The notes under the pieces were generated by a model, which saw only the letters and a list, made by a program, of their open reading frames with translations, was not told the origin of the DNA and made no database searches. DNA of 64,000 bases. It comes from Gekko japonicus (taxonomy: Eukaryota). The DNA lies in NCBI RefSeq assembly GCF_001447785.1, contig NW_015174861.1, forward strand, positions 548,136 to 612,135, read 5' to 3'. The position numbers and the translations under genes were made by a program. Shown here piece after piece: positions 11,071-22,975 of the stretch; within the stretch, counting starts at the first letter, position 1, and the number at the start of each line of letters is the position of its first letter.

Positions 11071-13011
11071 ATGCTCTTATACTTCTAAATGATCCTCGCC
11101 CATAGAGAAAGAGTATGTCAGTGAGGAAGAAGGCGCTACCCCACCATCCTTTCCTTGCTGTGCTAGTTTTCTGTTTGCAGGGAGTTGTTGGATTTCGAGG
11201 TTCAAGAGCATTAAGAAATAGCGTCCCTCACCTGCAGTCTGAAGTGGTATAGACCATTGTGTCTTATTGTGCTGTTAGGCTTGGTCTACACGACAGGCAG
11301 AGTGAGATGATACAACTGTATCCTAGGGGGGGGGGTTGATTCGTTGTTCCCTCATAAAAAATCTTCCTGTGCAGAAAAAAAAGAAAACACCTCTAGCTTA
11401 GCTCTTCACGCATGGTGTTAATTTTCTGCTTGTGAGGAATTATTGGTGTTAAGGGAACATAGAAAACCGTAATTTTTTGCCCACAGTCTAAAGTGGTGTG
11501 CTCCACTCTGCTACCTGCGCTTCTTTCATTAACTCCCCCAAATCATGCTGCCTATGTACACTGGGCCTTAGAAGCAGGAAGTGTTGGAGTGTATTGGTGG
11601 GGAGGGGGAGTGTTAAGGGGTCTTACTTAACCCCTCAGATTTACACATAACCTTCCAGGCTGAAAGCTGGCGGCAATATATTTTGAAACAATAGTTATAG
11701 TAATGTTCTTTTGAGAGGAAGCCCAGGTGATAGACAAAACAGCTACACATTCCAGAAGTAAAACAAGTGGATAGCCTTACTTGTAGCTGTATGTTATTGG
11801 ATTTAATTATGTGATTCTTTTTTTAATCTACAAAGCGCATGGATGTAGTTACAGATGATGTTTACTGGTCTCACGGTGGCTTACAAAATGAAATCTTTTA
11901 AAATACAACAAGATAGCAATACACACATGGTGGGGACAGGCAAAAAAAGCCACCCTTAGTTACAGATATAGCTTACACACAACAGCCAGATATTGCTGGT
12001 TTCTGTAAGAATGAGTCTTTGTTGTGCAACTACAGTGGCGGGAGCTGGAATCTAGGTGGAAACGATGCTTTGCTGGATCCAGGCACAACAGAGGGGTGCC
12101 TAACAGCTACCTCTTTTTGACAGCCTCCACAGTGGATCTCTTAATATTGATTGCAGGGTTTAGCAGCCATGTGATTGGCTGCCCTGCAAGGCAGGAGGGT
12201 AATAGAAATGCAAGTATTTCTTTTCTCCTTAATGTGTGTTCTTGCATAGAATGGCATTATCAATTATGTTTCAGAGTGACTAATAAGTAAATTCTATTAC
12301 TTTAAGGTTGATAATGAGCTCTCCTGTGGCTCACACGCTTTCTGCCTTGGAGTGGGATCTGGCAAAATGCCACCTGTCAACTTGAGCAAAAATCTGCTCA
12401 CTGTCATGTGGGAGCTGCAAACACACGCTTCTGTAAATTAAACAGTGAATAATACTCTTTATTTGCTATATATTATACTTCCTTCCATCCACCCACCAAC
12501 CAATAGTCTCATTTCCTGTCAACGTTCTTGCCTTGTGATCTTTTTCTTAGCTCTGTATTTGTGATGGCCTTTTCATCAGCTCTCCTTTCATTCCCCGATT
12601 TTCTCTCCATCTGGTGTTTCCTGAGCATCCTTTTTTTCTTCTTCATTCCAGTACCTGCACAGTCTCCTTGCTTATGCCTCCTTGTTCCCTACCTGTGATG
12701 GGCACAGCTATATCTGCTTATACCCCAAACAAGCTGATTTGGGAGAATAACATCTGTAATCCCTTCAGCCATGCCTGGATCTAACTTTACCAGCTGAGAG
12801 CCCTCATCTCCTTTTTACTTATTGCTGTTCCAGATGCAGAAGAGACAGCATAGCGTCCTTTCACTGAATTTAGCATCAAAATCACATGGATCACCTTTTA
12901 TAATATAAGATTTGTATCTGTTTTTAAGACATTTTAAAGATTTGGGGCAGAAGAGTGGAGTTAAAAAGGCAAAGCAAATAGAAATTGTCTCCCAAACCAA
13001 AGACCATACTT

Positions 13012-13097
13012 ATAGTGCCATCCTAAGTAGTGTTACACCCTCCTAAGCCCTTTGATGTAATGGATTTAGAATGACCTTCTGTTTAGAATTGCACTGT
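13012..13097. repeat. ~86-bp palindromic MITE-like repeat (other copies near 44522, 52180-52262, 57740, 63300)
   Basis: Inverted arms agtgccatcctaag...tttagaattgcactgt around a central ttgatgtaa; recurs several times in the window. Confidence 0.65.
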
Positions 13098-15887
13098 TAG
13101 AAGTAGTACAATGGTCAGGCTGGCAAGTGGGTGTTGAACAAAACATACAAAAATAAATAGGTTGCCTTAGTAAAAGATATTGGAGCAACTGCAGACCAGG
13201 TGTTTCTTCTTACATGTGCATATATGTATATATAAGAAAAATTTTAATGCAGTGCGTTACTAGTGTGAATGAGTTCTCTGCTGAAACTGAATAAAAGGCC
13301 TTAGTAGATTCAAGATTGTTTCATGAAACAGGAAGATAAGCTAGTGAACATCAGAGGTTAACAAAATGTGGGTCACATCTGACTAATTAATGGGAAAACT
13401 ACAGTTATGCCAACTACAGAAAATGTCCTGCCTACCAGTGTTTAAATCCAGCAGCAGCTTAAAAAGTAGCTCATTTTGTTCTACATATGAATAATAGGCA
13501 ATTATGACTCAAGAGATATTCATGCACAGAACCATGTTTCAGCAGCAAATATGATCTTGCCTGTTGGAGGGGGGGGAAGGGTATGATCAGGATTCACTTG
13601 TAGTGTCAAGACAAAGGAAATCTATGCCTATTGTTTCTGCTGATGTCACGGAGGATTATGGGGGCTGTTCTCCTTTCCCCATGTGAAGTATGGTCTGAAT
13701 GTACTGCCACTTTTATCTCCAGTCACTGAGTCACACACAGCATGTTCCTTGGATAGGTCCACAAGTGTGTAGCTTGAGAAGTATATCACACTTGAGTTGA
13801 CAAGATACTACATGTCAGGAACAATTCTTCATGAGGAACTACAAGAGGTACTAGCCCTCCATTTTATGGAGAAGTCAAGCAAAGGGTAACAATTTAACTT
13901 TTACAACGTGACTGTTTCATAATATTGGGCCACTATTGATATTTATTTATTTTAAATGTAAAATATAAGTTGGTTTGTTACTTTTATATTTATTAAGCTG
14001 ATTATTTTAATGAAATGAAATGTCTTTTCTGTGTTAGTTGTCTGACCTGTGTCTTGATGGAAACTAGTAGCACCAGTCTTAGGTGGGTTACAAGAAGTTG
14101 TACCATGAGGTCCTGCACAAGGGATGCTACTTGATATAGTTTCTCAACAACAGATTGTTCTTCAGCAAATACATGGTTAAAAGGTTGGAGCAGCAATGAA
14201 ACGTGTGACGACAGTGGGTCTCTTCCCCCACCTCCCTTGATTATCCCACTATCTGACCCTAATGGTGCAGAACTGTGCAGAGTTACTCCATCAAAGCCTG
14301 TTGAAATGTCAAGGCTTAGATGGGAGGAACTGGGTATAGAAATGCACAGCCAGGCTCCCCTATTCTTGAAAATGTGTACTGGATCTTTTCCTCCCAATTT
14401 TGCTAATGTGTTCAGATTATAAATTTACCAAAAAAAAAGCACATGGGAAGCATTTAAAGTAGATTTTCTGAAAGTGGGGGGAGAACAAAGGACATGTCAG
14501 GTTGCATTTTGATTTTCACTCCGAATCTACTGTGCAGTGTTCTGGTTAGGTCCAAGTTTTGCGTGCCTGCCATGTGTTGCATCTGTTACTTTCGTCTGAA
14601 TACTTTTGACAGACCATAATCTTAATTGTTCTAAGGATCACTTTGTTAGGCATTTATTGGTGCACTCTTTTAGGCATTCCCCCCCCCTGCCCCAGAAATG
14701 GGATATTCTTTTCAATGCACTGAGTTGCAGTGGGAATAGACATGTAATGTCACATGTTAGTTTATCTCAATCTTTTCCATGTGTTGGTTTTTCTAACCCA
14801 ATGTTTGTGTTTTTAGCAAGGAGGCTTTAGGCACACTTTGGAATGCCATTGTTCAGCTGTACACTGGTTTCTTTCTTTCTTTCTGTTCTGCTTTGAGCCT
14901 CACAGCTATAGGTCATGCAGAGGGGCTTCAGCTTTGCCTGTGTGTTCATATCAGTAGTGATATTGTAAGGCTTTGACAGGCTTTAACTAGGGCTTCTAAT
15001 GGCCGACAGACCAGCATGGCCACAGATTGTTCCTCTTTTGTGCACAGCCTATGCATAACTTAACATGTAAAAGCAAGTCTGTAGGTATTTTGACCTGAGA
15101 ATGGCTGAAAGGGTAATCAAAAATTTGAGAGGAAATACGCTTTTTCTTTTCTTGCTTTCATAAGGCAGACACATAGAAAAAACTAATCACACTGTGTCCA
15201 GCTTCACATCACATGCAGGTTAGAAATCGATGCTGGGTTTGGCGAACAAGCACATACCATAAAAGATGCAAAAATTGTAATTCCCAAGCCTTGCCTCAGC
15301 TTTGGTTGTAGTACGTTATTCACGACAATGGTTTTACAAATTGCTTTTGCTAATTTGGGCATTCCTTAACTTGAGCTGAGGCATGGACAAAGCACTTGTG
15401 GATCTGAGTAGCTGCTGTCCTGCTGCTGAAGCAAAAGAGGCTCCAATGGGCCCAGGTATGCCATCTGACTGAAGTTATAACATCCCAGACACCCAGAGTT
15501 AAGGGCCAACCTGAGTAGTTGCCAAAAAATGCTCCATGTGCTCTCCCTCAGCTTCCTGTTCAGATTAATGTGCAGCTCAATCATATTCATGTTTATTTAG
15601 AAGTAAATTCCACATTGTTCAAAGGATCTTACTGTCAAACATATATATAAATGCAACCAAGGGAGTATTTTGAGTACTCATGTTGAGTACAAAAAAATTT
15701 TTTTCTACTGGTAGATACATTTTTATTTTCATCTATTGGAAATATATTATTTGTTGTGTGATCAAGCACATTTCTGTGAACACACAACTTTCTAATTGAT
15801 ATCAAAAATAAGAGCAAGAAACCAAAAACAATTCTCAGAGTTTCCATAGAATGAGGATAATTTCAGAAGCATTTATAATTTTTGCAT

Positions 15888-16833
15888 CATCATGGCATCC
15901 GGCCCCATCACTCCTTGGCAAATAGAAAGGGAAGTCATGGAAGCAGTGACAGACTTCGCATTCCTGGGATCCAAGATCACTACAGATGGTGACTTCAGCC
16001 ATGAAATTAAAAGACGTCTGCTCCTTGGGAGGAAAGCTATGGCAAACCTAGACAGCATAATAAAAAGTAGCAGAGAAAAGAAGAGAAGAGACTGGATTTA
16101 TACCCCGCCCTTCACTACCCGAAGGTGTCTCAGAGCGGCTTACAAACTCCCTTCCCCTCCACACAACAGACACCCTGTGAGGTGGGTGGGGCTGAGAGAG
16201 CTCTTGACAGAAACTGCTCTTTTTCGAGAACAGCTCTTATCAGAACTACGGCTTGCCCAAGGTCATCCAGCCAGGTGCAAGTGGAGGAGTGAGGAATCAA
16301 ACCCAGTTCTCCCAGATTAGAGTCCGCGCACCTAACCACTACACCAAAGTAACCACTACACCAAAGTAGAGACATCACCCTGCCAACAAAAGTCTGTATA
16401 GTCAAGGCAATGGTATTCCCAGTAGTAATGTATGGCTGCGAGAGTTGGGCCATAAGGAAGGCCGAGCACCGAAGAATATATGTGTTTGAATTATGGTGCT
16501 GGAGAAGACTCTTGAGTGTCCCTTGGACTGCAAGGAGATCAAATCAGTCAATCCTAAAGGAAATCAACCCTGACTGTTCCCTGGAAGGCAAGATCCTGAA
16601 GCTGAAGCTCAAATACTTTGGCCACCAAATGAAAAGGGAGCACTCACTGGAGAAGTCCCTGATGCTGGGAAAGATTGAAGGTAAAAGAAGAAGGGGACGG
16701 CAAAGGATGAGATTGTTAGACAGTGCTATCGGAGATTGAGTAAGCTCCAGAGGGCAGTGGAGGACAGAAGGGCCTGGTGTGATGTGGGGTTCCAAAGAGT
16801 TGGACTCAACTGTGCAACTGAACAACAACAACA
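15888..16833 (+). mobile_element. 5'-truncated BovB LINE with (CAA)n tail, interrupted by a SINE
   Basis: Translations ASGPITPWQIE...EIKRRLLLGRKAMANLDSI and MVFPVVMYGCESWAIRKAE...GKRRRGRQRMR; tail gaacaacaacaac. Confidence 0.95.
16071..16346 (-). mobile_element. Squam3-like SINE nested in BovB
   Basis: Reverse complement of the family at 31232; splits BovB at aaagtag|agacatcacc. Confidence 0.9.
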
Positions 16834-17018
16834 TACTTTATATAGCACTGGTGTTATTCATGTGCTGTTTTCTGGGTTCCCAGTAGCCAATGTATCCAAA
16901 ACGTTTAATCATATTGATAAAATTATACTCTTCCATACAGATAGTTAGGAACAGGAATGGAATTTTACATTCTTAGTTCTCAGTGCAGTGTCTCATAAGA
17001 AATACATTCAGAACCTAG

Positions 17019-17190
17019 ACCTGGATAGCCCTGGCAAGCCCGATCTTGTCAGATCTCGGAAGCTAAGCAAGCTAGATGCTTGCAAGTACTTGAATGGGAG
17101 ACTTCCTTGAAATGTGGGAGGCAGGAGAAGGCTTTATTCAGCCACCTCTCTGAATATCCTCCAGGCCTCGCATAGGGGTCACCATGACAT
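17019..17190 (+). mobile_element. 5S rRNA-derived SINE-like element
   Basis: gcccgatcttgtcagatctcggaagctaagca...gtacttgaatgggagac is a degenerate 5S rRNA internal region; flanks are not 5S. Confidence 0.75.
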
Positions 17191-18486
17191 CCAGGTGCAC
17201 ACACACGCACATATAAAAAATACACAAAGAAAAAAAGAAAAGAAAAATACATCCAGACATTTGATGCTGTCTTGGCTTAAGAATCCTTTCTTTCTTTTTT
17301 GGTTTTTAAAATATTTATTAAGATCAAGTATAACTTATAACATGTATAATACCTGCAAAACAGTATACAAAAGTCCTGAGAATCCAAAATTACAGACCAG
17401 CCAGTTAATCAATTCCCAACTTGCTATGTCATCACACCCAGTAGCCCTTTAATCCTAGATGTGTGCAGTCTAGTTATGATTGTTCACACATTTAAACATG
17501 TGTTCTGAGAACCACACCAATATGTAGTTTAAGAACCATTTGATTTTATGTGCTTGGTTCACAACAGAAGTCAATTTTATCTCACAGGGGTACTTCTACT
17601 GCACAAGGGAGCCCTCCCTCCTCTGTCATGTTGGCAACCCTTGTATGAGTTGGACATATTGCAAAACATTCACACGTTACTTTGCCACATATCCAGGGGT
17701 TAATTTGACCCATGATCCAGGGCTAAGCAACGTGTGATTTATAACCACAATAAAACTCATGTTTCTGAGCATGTTCAGAATCCATTTCCCACATGACCTC
17801 CAGCCTGAAAGTGTATCAAAAGAAAGGTCCCGGGTGTTCAATGGGGCCCAATTCTTGGTAAGTGGGAGATTGACTATCCTTTGACAGCTATTAGTGGGAA
17901 GAAAAGGGGGGGGGGAGAAGAGACTATCACACACCTGGTCCTAGATCAGTGCAGATTTGCCCTGTCTGCTCTCCTCTTCCCCTTTGCTCAGAGGCCAGAA
18001 TATTCTCCATGTGTAGGAGGGTTTTTATTTAGATTTTATTTTGTAGAAGGGGTTGTTTGGGTTAGGAGTTCAGTATTCTCTGTGAGATTTTTAATCTGAT
18101 TTATTCCCCATCTCTCACACCTCTTTTCATAGGTCCATTTATTGTAGGCTTAATGTTTAGATTAAAATGTACTTTTATTTTTTTTACAGCATCTTTTGCA
18201 TTTTTCAAAAGCTGTGAGCGGAATTTGGGATGCCAGTCAAAAATTAGGATACAAATCTAATAAGTATGCATAGAATTTTAACCCCCAAGCAATGACAGAT
18301 CAGCTGCAACACCCCTGAAATAGGGGCCACTTAGATATTTTAGACTGATCATATGTCCCCTGGACAGGCTTAAATCCCACCTTCACTCTTACCTTGTAGA
18401 AGTGGGCCATGGCAGTGAAAACAGGTTCTGGAGACAGAGCCATCAAGAGAGAGGGACTAGAGGCATAAAAAATCAAGGGACTTGGT

Positions 18487-18906
18487 GGGGCCGGCATCAG
18501 CACTCCCTGAGGCAGGGCAGGATGGGGCCCAGGACCTCTAGTGGGACCCACTGCTGCCAACCCTCCCCCCACCAATTAACCGCCTCTGCGGGTCACCTGA
18601 GCACCATTCCCATGCCCACTCATTTCCAAGTTCTCTGGCATTCTTGTTCCAGGCTGCACATGTTGCCCAGCACTTCTGGGGAGGGGTGTGTGTGGGTGGC
18701 ACATGGTGACAGTGCACAATGATATTGGAGAAAAGTCATGTGAGAAACTAAACCCAGGTCATGAGTGGGCTGTAAAAAAACACAGAGGTGGGTGGGGGAC
18801 ACATGGAGGGGGAAGGGAAAGGAGGTCTAAGTAGGGGTCCTTGTGGTTGCAGGAGGGAGGTCCTGGGCACTTTGCCTGGGACTTCCCCAAACCTGGAGCT
18901 GGCCCT
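18487..18906. mobile_element. Old MITE-like element
   Basis: Imperfect terminal inverted repeats GGGCCGGCATCAG / CTGGAGCTGGCCC; no TSD visible. Confidence 0.35.
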
Positions 18907-19023
18907 AGTCATCTTCACTACAAGTTTTGATTTTACATGGATTGAACCATCATGAAGTACCTAAGAATCCTGAGAATAATAGTTTAGTGGCAGTATTGAG
19001 AACTCTCTGAAGTATCCTCAGGT

Positions 19024-19379
19024 GGGGTTGCCATCTCCAGACTGGAAAATGCCTGGAGATTTTGTGGGTGGCGCGTGAGGAGGGCAGAGTTTGGGGAGGG
19101 ACTTCAGTGGGGTATAATGGTCTTAAAGGTAAAGGTTCCCTTGCTCGAAAGCCAGTCGAGTCCGACTCTAGGGTTGCGGTGCTCATCTCCGTTTCAAAGC
19201 CGAAGAGCCAGCGCTGTCTGAAGACGTTTTCGTGGTTGTGTGGCCGGCATGACTAAACACCAAGGCGCACGGAACGCTGTTACAAAGTGGCTATTTTCTC
19301 CAGATGACCTGATCGCTGCCACCCGGAGATCAGCTGTAATAGCAGATCTTCAGCAACTTCCTGGGGGTTGGCAACACTA
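19024..19379 (-). mobile_element. MITE (TAGGGTTGCCA-TIR family), interrupted by a Sauria SINE
   Basis: GGGGTTGCCA ... TTGGCAACACTA termini; the interior is the reverse complement of 19488-19700. Confidence 0.75.
19125..19283 (-). mobile_element. 5'-truncated Sauria SINE
   Basis: aaaggtaaaggt tail (reverse of (ACCTTT)n); near-identical to the 3' half of 27277-27630. Confidence 0.9.
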
Positions 19380-19487
19380 GGCTGCTACCTCTCGCAGAAC
19401 TACAGTTCCCCCTGGGTAAAATGACTGACTATTGTATCAAATCAGTTTAAGGTCTGTGTGTAGGAGGATCCCTCCAACATGTCCAGC

Positions 19488-19700
19488 TAGGGTTGCCAGG
19501 CTCCAGGTGGGGCCTGGTGATCTCCTGCTTTTACAACTGATCTCCAGCTGATAAAGATCAGCTCCCCTGGAGAAAATGGCTGCTTTTAAGGGTGGACTCT
19601 ATGGCATTGTACTATACTGAAGCCCCTCCCCAAACCCCACCCTCTCCTGGCTCCACCCCAAAGTCTCCAGGTATTTTCCATACCAGACCTGGCAACCCTA
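19488..19700 (+). mobile_element. MITE (TAGGGTTGCCA-TIR family)
   Basis: Perfect TIRs TAGGGTTGCCAGG / CCTGGCAACCCTA. Confidence 0.85.
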
Positions 19701-19779
19701 TCAAACAATGCTTTCTCCACGGTGTACGAGATTTCTTGTTGCAGGGAGCTTAAGTTTAAAAAACAAAACCCGACAGCAT

Positions 19780-20170
19780 TCACATACAGCGTCCCAAGCC
19801 GCCCTCTGAAGAGTCCATCTTATCACCCTCGTTAGGCTTTGCTTCTGAGTCGTAGATGTGCCTCGGCTGAAAGCAATTCAGTTTTTTTCCCCCAGAAGCC
19901 AGAAATGTCGCAGTTGCACTGGGGAGCCGCTGGGCGGCTGCCGAAGGAGTGAGTGGCCTGTCTAGGCAGTGACTTGTGCCCGGGACACCGGAAGTAGAGG
20001 CGACGTTCCTGCATGTGCGCGTGTTGCTGGGCAAGGAGCTCTGCGGACAGATCCAGAGGCTTTCCGGATCATGGCGGAGAGGGTTGAACAGCGCATTGAG
20101 GATCGGATCCCTGAGCTAGAGCAGCTGGAGAGGGTCGGATTATTCACTCACAAGGAGATCAAGTGAGCAA
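19780..20170 (+). promoter_or_regulatory. UTP6 CpG-rich promoter
   Basis: CpG-enriched. ETS motif ACCGGAAGT at 19987-19995 and NRF1-like TGCATGTGCGC at 20010-20020 lie just upstream of the ATG. A ZNF143-type ACTACAGTTCCC is further upstream at 19399-19410. Confidence 0.75.
20071..20162 (+). CDS. UTP6: UTP6 (U3 snoRNA-associated protein 6, SSU processome) exon 1
   Basis: MAERVEQRIEDRIPELEQLERVGLFTHKEI(K); donor AA|gtgagc. Confidence 0.97.
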
Positions 20171-20226
20171 GGCAGAGGCAGGCTGCCTTAAGGGTCACGA
20201 GGGCAACAACTCTGACCATTGGGACG

Positions 20227-20449
20227 TAGGGTTGCGAAGCTCCAGGTGGTACCTGGAGATATCCTGGAATTACATCTGATCTCCAGATTAATGAGATCAC
20301 TTCCCCTGGACAACACGGCTGCTTTGGAGAATAAACTCCATGGCATTATATCCCACTGAGGTCCCTTCCATTCCCTCCCGAAAACCGGCTATGCTCAAGT
20401 TGCACCCCCAAATCTCCAGGAATTTCCCAACTAACAGTTGGCAACCCTA
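20227..20449 (+). mobile_element. MITE (TAGGGTTGCCA-TIR family) in UTP6 intron 1
   Basis: TAGGGTTGCGAA / TTGGCAACCCTA termini; same interior as 19488-19700. Confidence 0.85.
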
Positions 20450-21102
20450 GAACTTGAGAGGGATCTAGACCAAAGTCTAGATTTGATCCTTGGGGCTAAG
20501 AACTTGTCTCAAAACAAATTTGTAACAAAGTCCTGTATGTATGCGAGGACACATATTGCTGTAATAAATCTAGGATGCCATGATTCCATTTTCCCACTTA
20601 TTAATGCTGATTATAATCCTGATGGTTATGCATAAATGTTTTTGACCCATGGTAATTTTTAGGTATTAAGGATGGAGGGGTTTGCAAATGTGTAATATGT
20701 CCATTTGGGTGACTCTGTCTCCCAATTAATGCTTCAATTGATACTTGCTTGTTTTGATTCTCATATGAACACTATGCTTGTTTTTTACATATCTGGCTTC
20801 TAATTCTCTGACTCTTAACAACTGATGGCCCTGGTTTGCCACTTAAGTAATGGAAAGTCAAGTTTTGTGAAAACATTGCTTAATTCAGCTTTCTTTTCAG
20901 TGTATGGTTTGGTCAAGGAAACCCATTCTCAACCTAGAACTGCAGAGTTCTGCAGAACAAGAGTCTCCCCCAGGAAACAGCATTAGGAATCCATATAGTG
21001 TTTCAGGCTATATTAAAGTGCTAGATCATTGTTAGGATACTCCTGATTGTGCTATAGCCATTTATTCCCCAAACAGAGGTGTGGAAGATAACTTTCTGTG
21101 TA

Positions 21103-21290
21103 TAGATCAAGATGGGTAGCCATGTTACTCTGTCTGTAGCAGTAGAAAAGAGCAAGAATCTAGTAGAACCTTAAAGACTAACAAAATTTGTGGCAGGGTA
21201 TGAGCTTTTGTGAGTCACTGTTCACTTCTTCAGGTATCTGCCACAAATGTTGTTAGTTTTTAAGATGCTACTGGACTCTTGCCCTTTTCT
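21103..21290. mobile_element. Penelope-derived fold-back fragment
   Basis: Arms agaaaagagcaagaatctagtagaaccttaaagactaacaaaatttgtggcag / ctgccacaaatgttgttagtttttaagatgctactggactcttgcccttttct around a hammerhead-like core. Confidence 0.75.
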
Positions 21291-21711
21291 GTGCATAATC
21301 TGTGCAAGCTGTTAATGTGATACTTAAAGCTCACTTTCAAACTACACTTTCATTTAATCTTGGGAACAATTTGGTGAATTAATTCAAAACTCTTAAAGTG
21401 AATTATAATTGCCAGTTTAATATAGGAAAGCGATGAGAAGCTGATTTAATAAAAATCCATTTCTAGACCCCTCGATTACAGAGAAATGTTTGCAAATATG
21501 AAGGCACTATGAGATAAAAGGTAGGAAGGAAGTGATCAGGTAGGAATTATGATTAGGGTTTGGGATGTTATATGGGATATATATTTTTCTGGTACTCTTC
21601 ATGTTGAACACAGTTTGTTATGTCCCTTGTTTATTTAGGCTTCTCTCTCCTGCCACCACATTTCCCATTAAAAACTTGCACTTTCAGAAGGGAGGTCTAT
21701 ATTCTGTGTAT

Positions 21712-21900
21712 AAAAACATAAGGAGAGCCCTGCTGGATCAGACCAAAAATCCATCCTAGTCTAGCATTCTGTTTTCCAGGGTGGCCAACTGAGTGTCTCT
21801 GGGAAGTCCCCAAACAGAGTATGAAGCCAATAGCTTTGTTGCACTGCTGCCTGCCACTGGCATTTAATTATGGCTAATATTTATAGACAGGCTTATCCTC
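21712..21900 (-). mobile_element. CR1 LINE 3' end fragment
   Basis: aacataaggagagccctgctggatcagacc...ccatcctagtctagcattctg matches the reverse of a typical squamate CR1 3' end. Confidence 0.6.
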
Positions 21901-21941
21901 CATTAATATACTTCATTCCATCAAAACGTATAGAATAAATT

Positions 21942-22030
21942 AGAACAAAGTCTGAGTCCAATGGCACCTTTAAGACCAACAAAGTTTAATTCAAGGTATA
22001 AGCTTTCATGTGCAAGCACACTTCTTCAGA
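21942..22030 (-). mobile_element. Penelope terminal repeat fragment with hammerhead core
   Basis: gagtccaatggcacctttaagaccaac...agctttcatgtgcaagcacacttcttcag. Confidence 0.75.
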
Positions 22031-22123
22031 ATAAATTAGAGTTGAATAAAGTTAAGATGATGTTTTGTTCTCCTGAGAACGTTTTAGCACATAAATCTAG
22101 ATATTAGATGACATAATCGTGAT

Positions 22124-22526
22124 CAGGGCTTTTTTTGTAGAAAAAGCCCAGCAGGAACTTATTAGCATAATTGACCACACCCCTGACAGTACAGCTCATT
22201 AGCATATTAGGCCCTTGGAGGGGAGGGAAGGAAGGCCGTTTAAACGGCCTTCCCTTGGCTTGCTCAGGTGCCCCACAGCTGCAGAACACCCGGGTAAGCC
22301 AGCCCTTGGACAGGCCAAGGAAGACATAAGGAGGTACTTAAATGCCTCCCCGATCCTTCCAGGGGCCCCCCTGGCCCACTCACCTCGGAGTCGCTGGGGG
22401 GGGTGTCGCTCTCCAGGCCTTCCCTCTGTAGCTATGCACACAGATGTTTTGGCTGTAGTGGGCATGGCCAACTCTGAAGCCAGCCAGAACTCTGTTCCTG
22501 TGCGTTCCTGCCCCAAAATAGCCCTG
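22124..22526. mobile_element. hAT MITE with perfect TSD
   Basis: TIRs CAGGGCTTTTTT / AAAATAGCCCTG; 8-bp TSD ATCGTGAT at 22116-22123 and 22527-22534. Confidence 0.9.
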
Positions 22527-22975
22527 ATCGTGATGCTTCCTGGACTTTTGTGAACCATCTGCTGCAAGTGAGGTGAAGCCAGGATTGGCTGTTTGTTCTG
22601 GCAAAGAGATGTTTTAGGGAAGAAGCCAGTAGTATGCCAGGAAACAAAATGGTGGGTGCTGTTGTATTCATGGGCACCATGTATAGGATACTGTTGTAGA
22701 AGAATGAACAGGGAAAGAAAAGGAACTGAATACTTTCAAATATTGGCTGTCATTTGATTTCTTCACACACACACTCTTATGTATAAGCATTGGAATTTAT
22801 AAGTAGTATGCAGTTATAAATGGAGCTGTGGATAGATGTAAGTCAGTCTAGCCAACACCAGTTGTCATATTTAAAAATGCAAAATTTTAGAAGAGGTTTT
22901 TATAAAATGGTACAGTGAAGGTATATTGTATGGATCAGAACCATGACAGGATGCTACCTTCTTACATTTCTGTAG

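Noticed and set aside
14002-14422. Overlapping ORFs in the SUZ12-UTP6 intergenic region (131 aa on minus; a plus frame interrupted by one TGA, superficially selenoprotein-like)
   Set aside because: No recognisable domain, promoter, consistent splice structure or SECIS; best explained by chance.
17019-17110. 5S rRNA gene (also 27830 and 31740)
   Set aside because: Only the internal 5S segment is present, degenerate, with SINE-type flanks; not functional rRNA genes.
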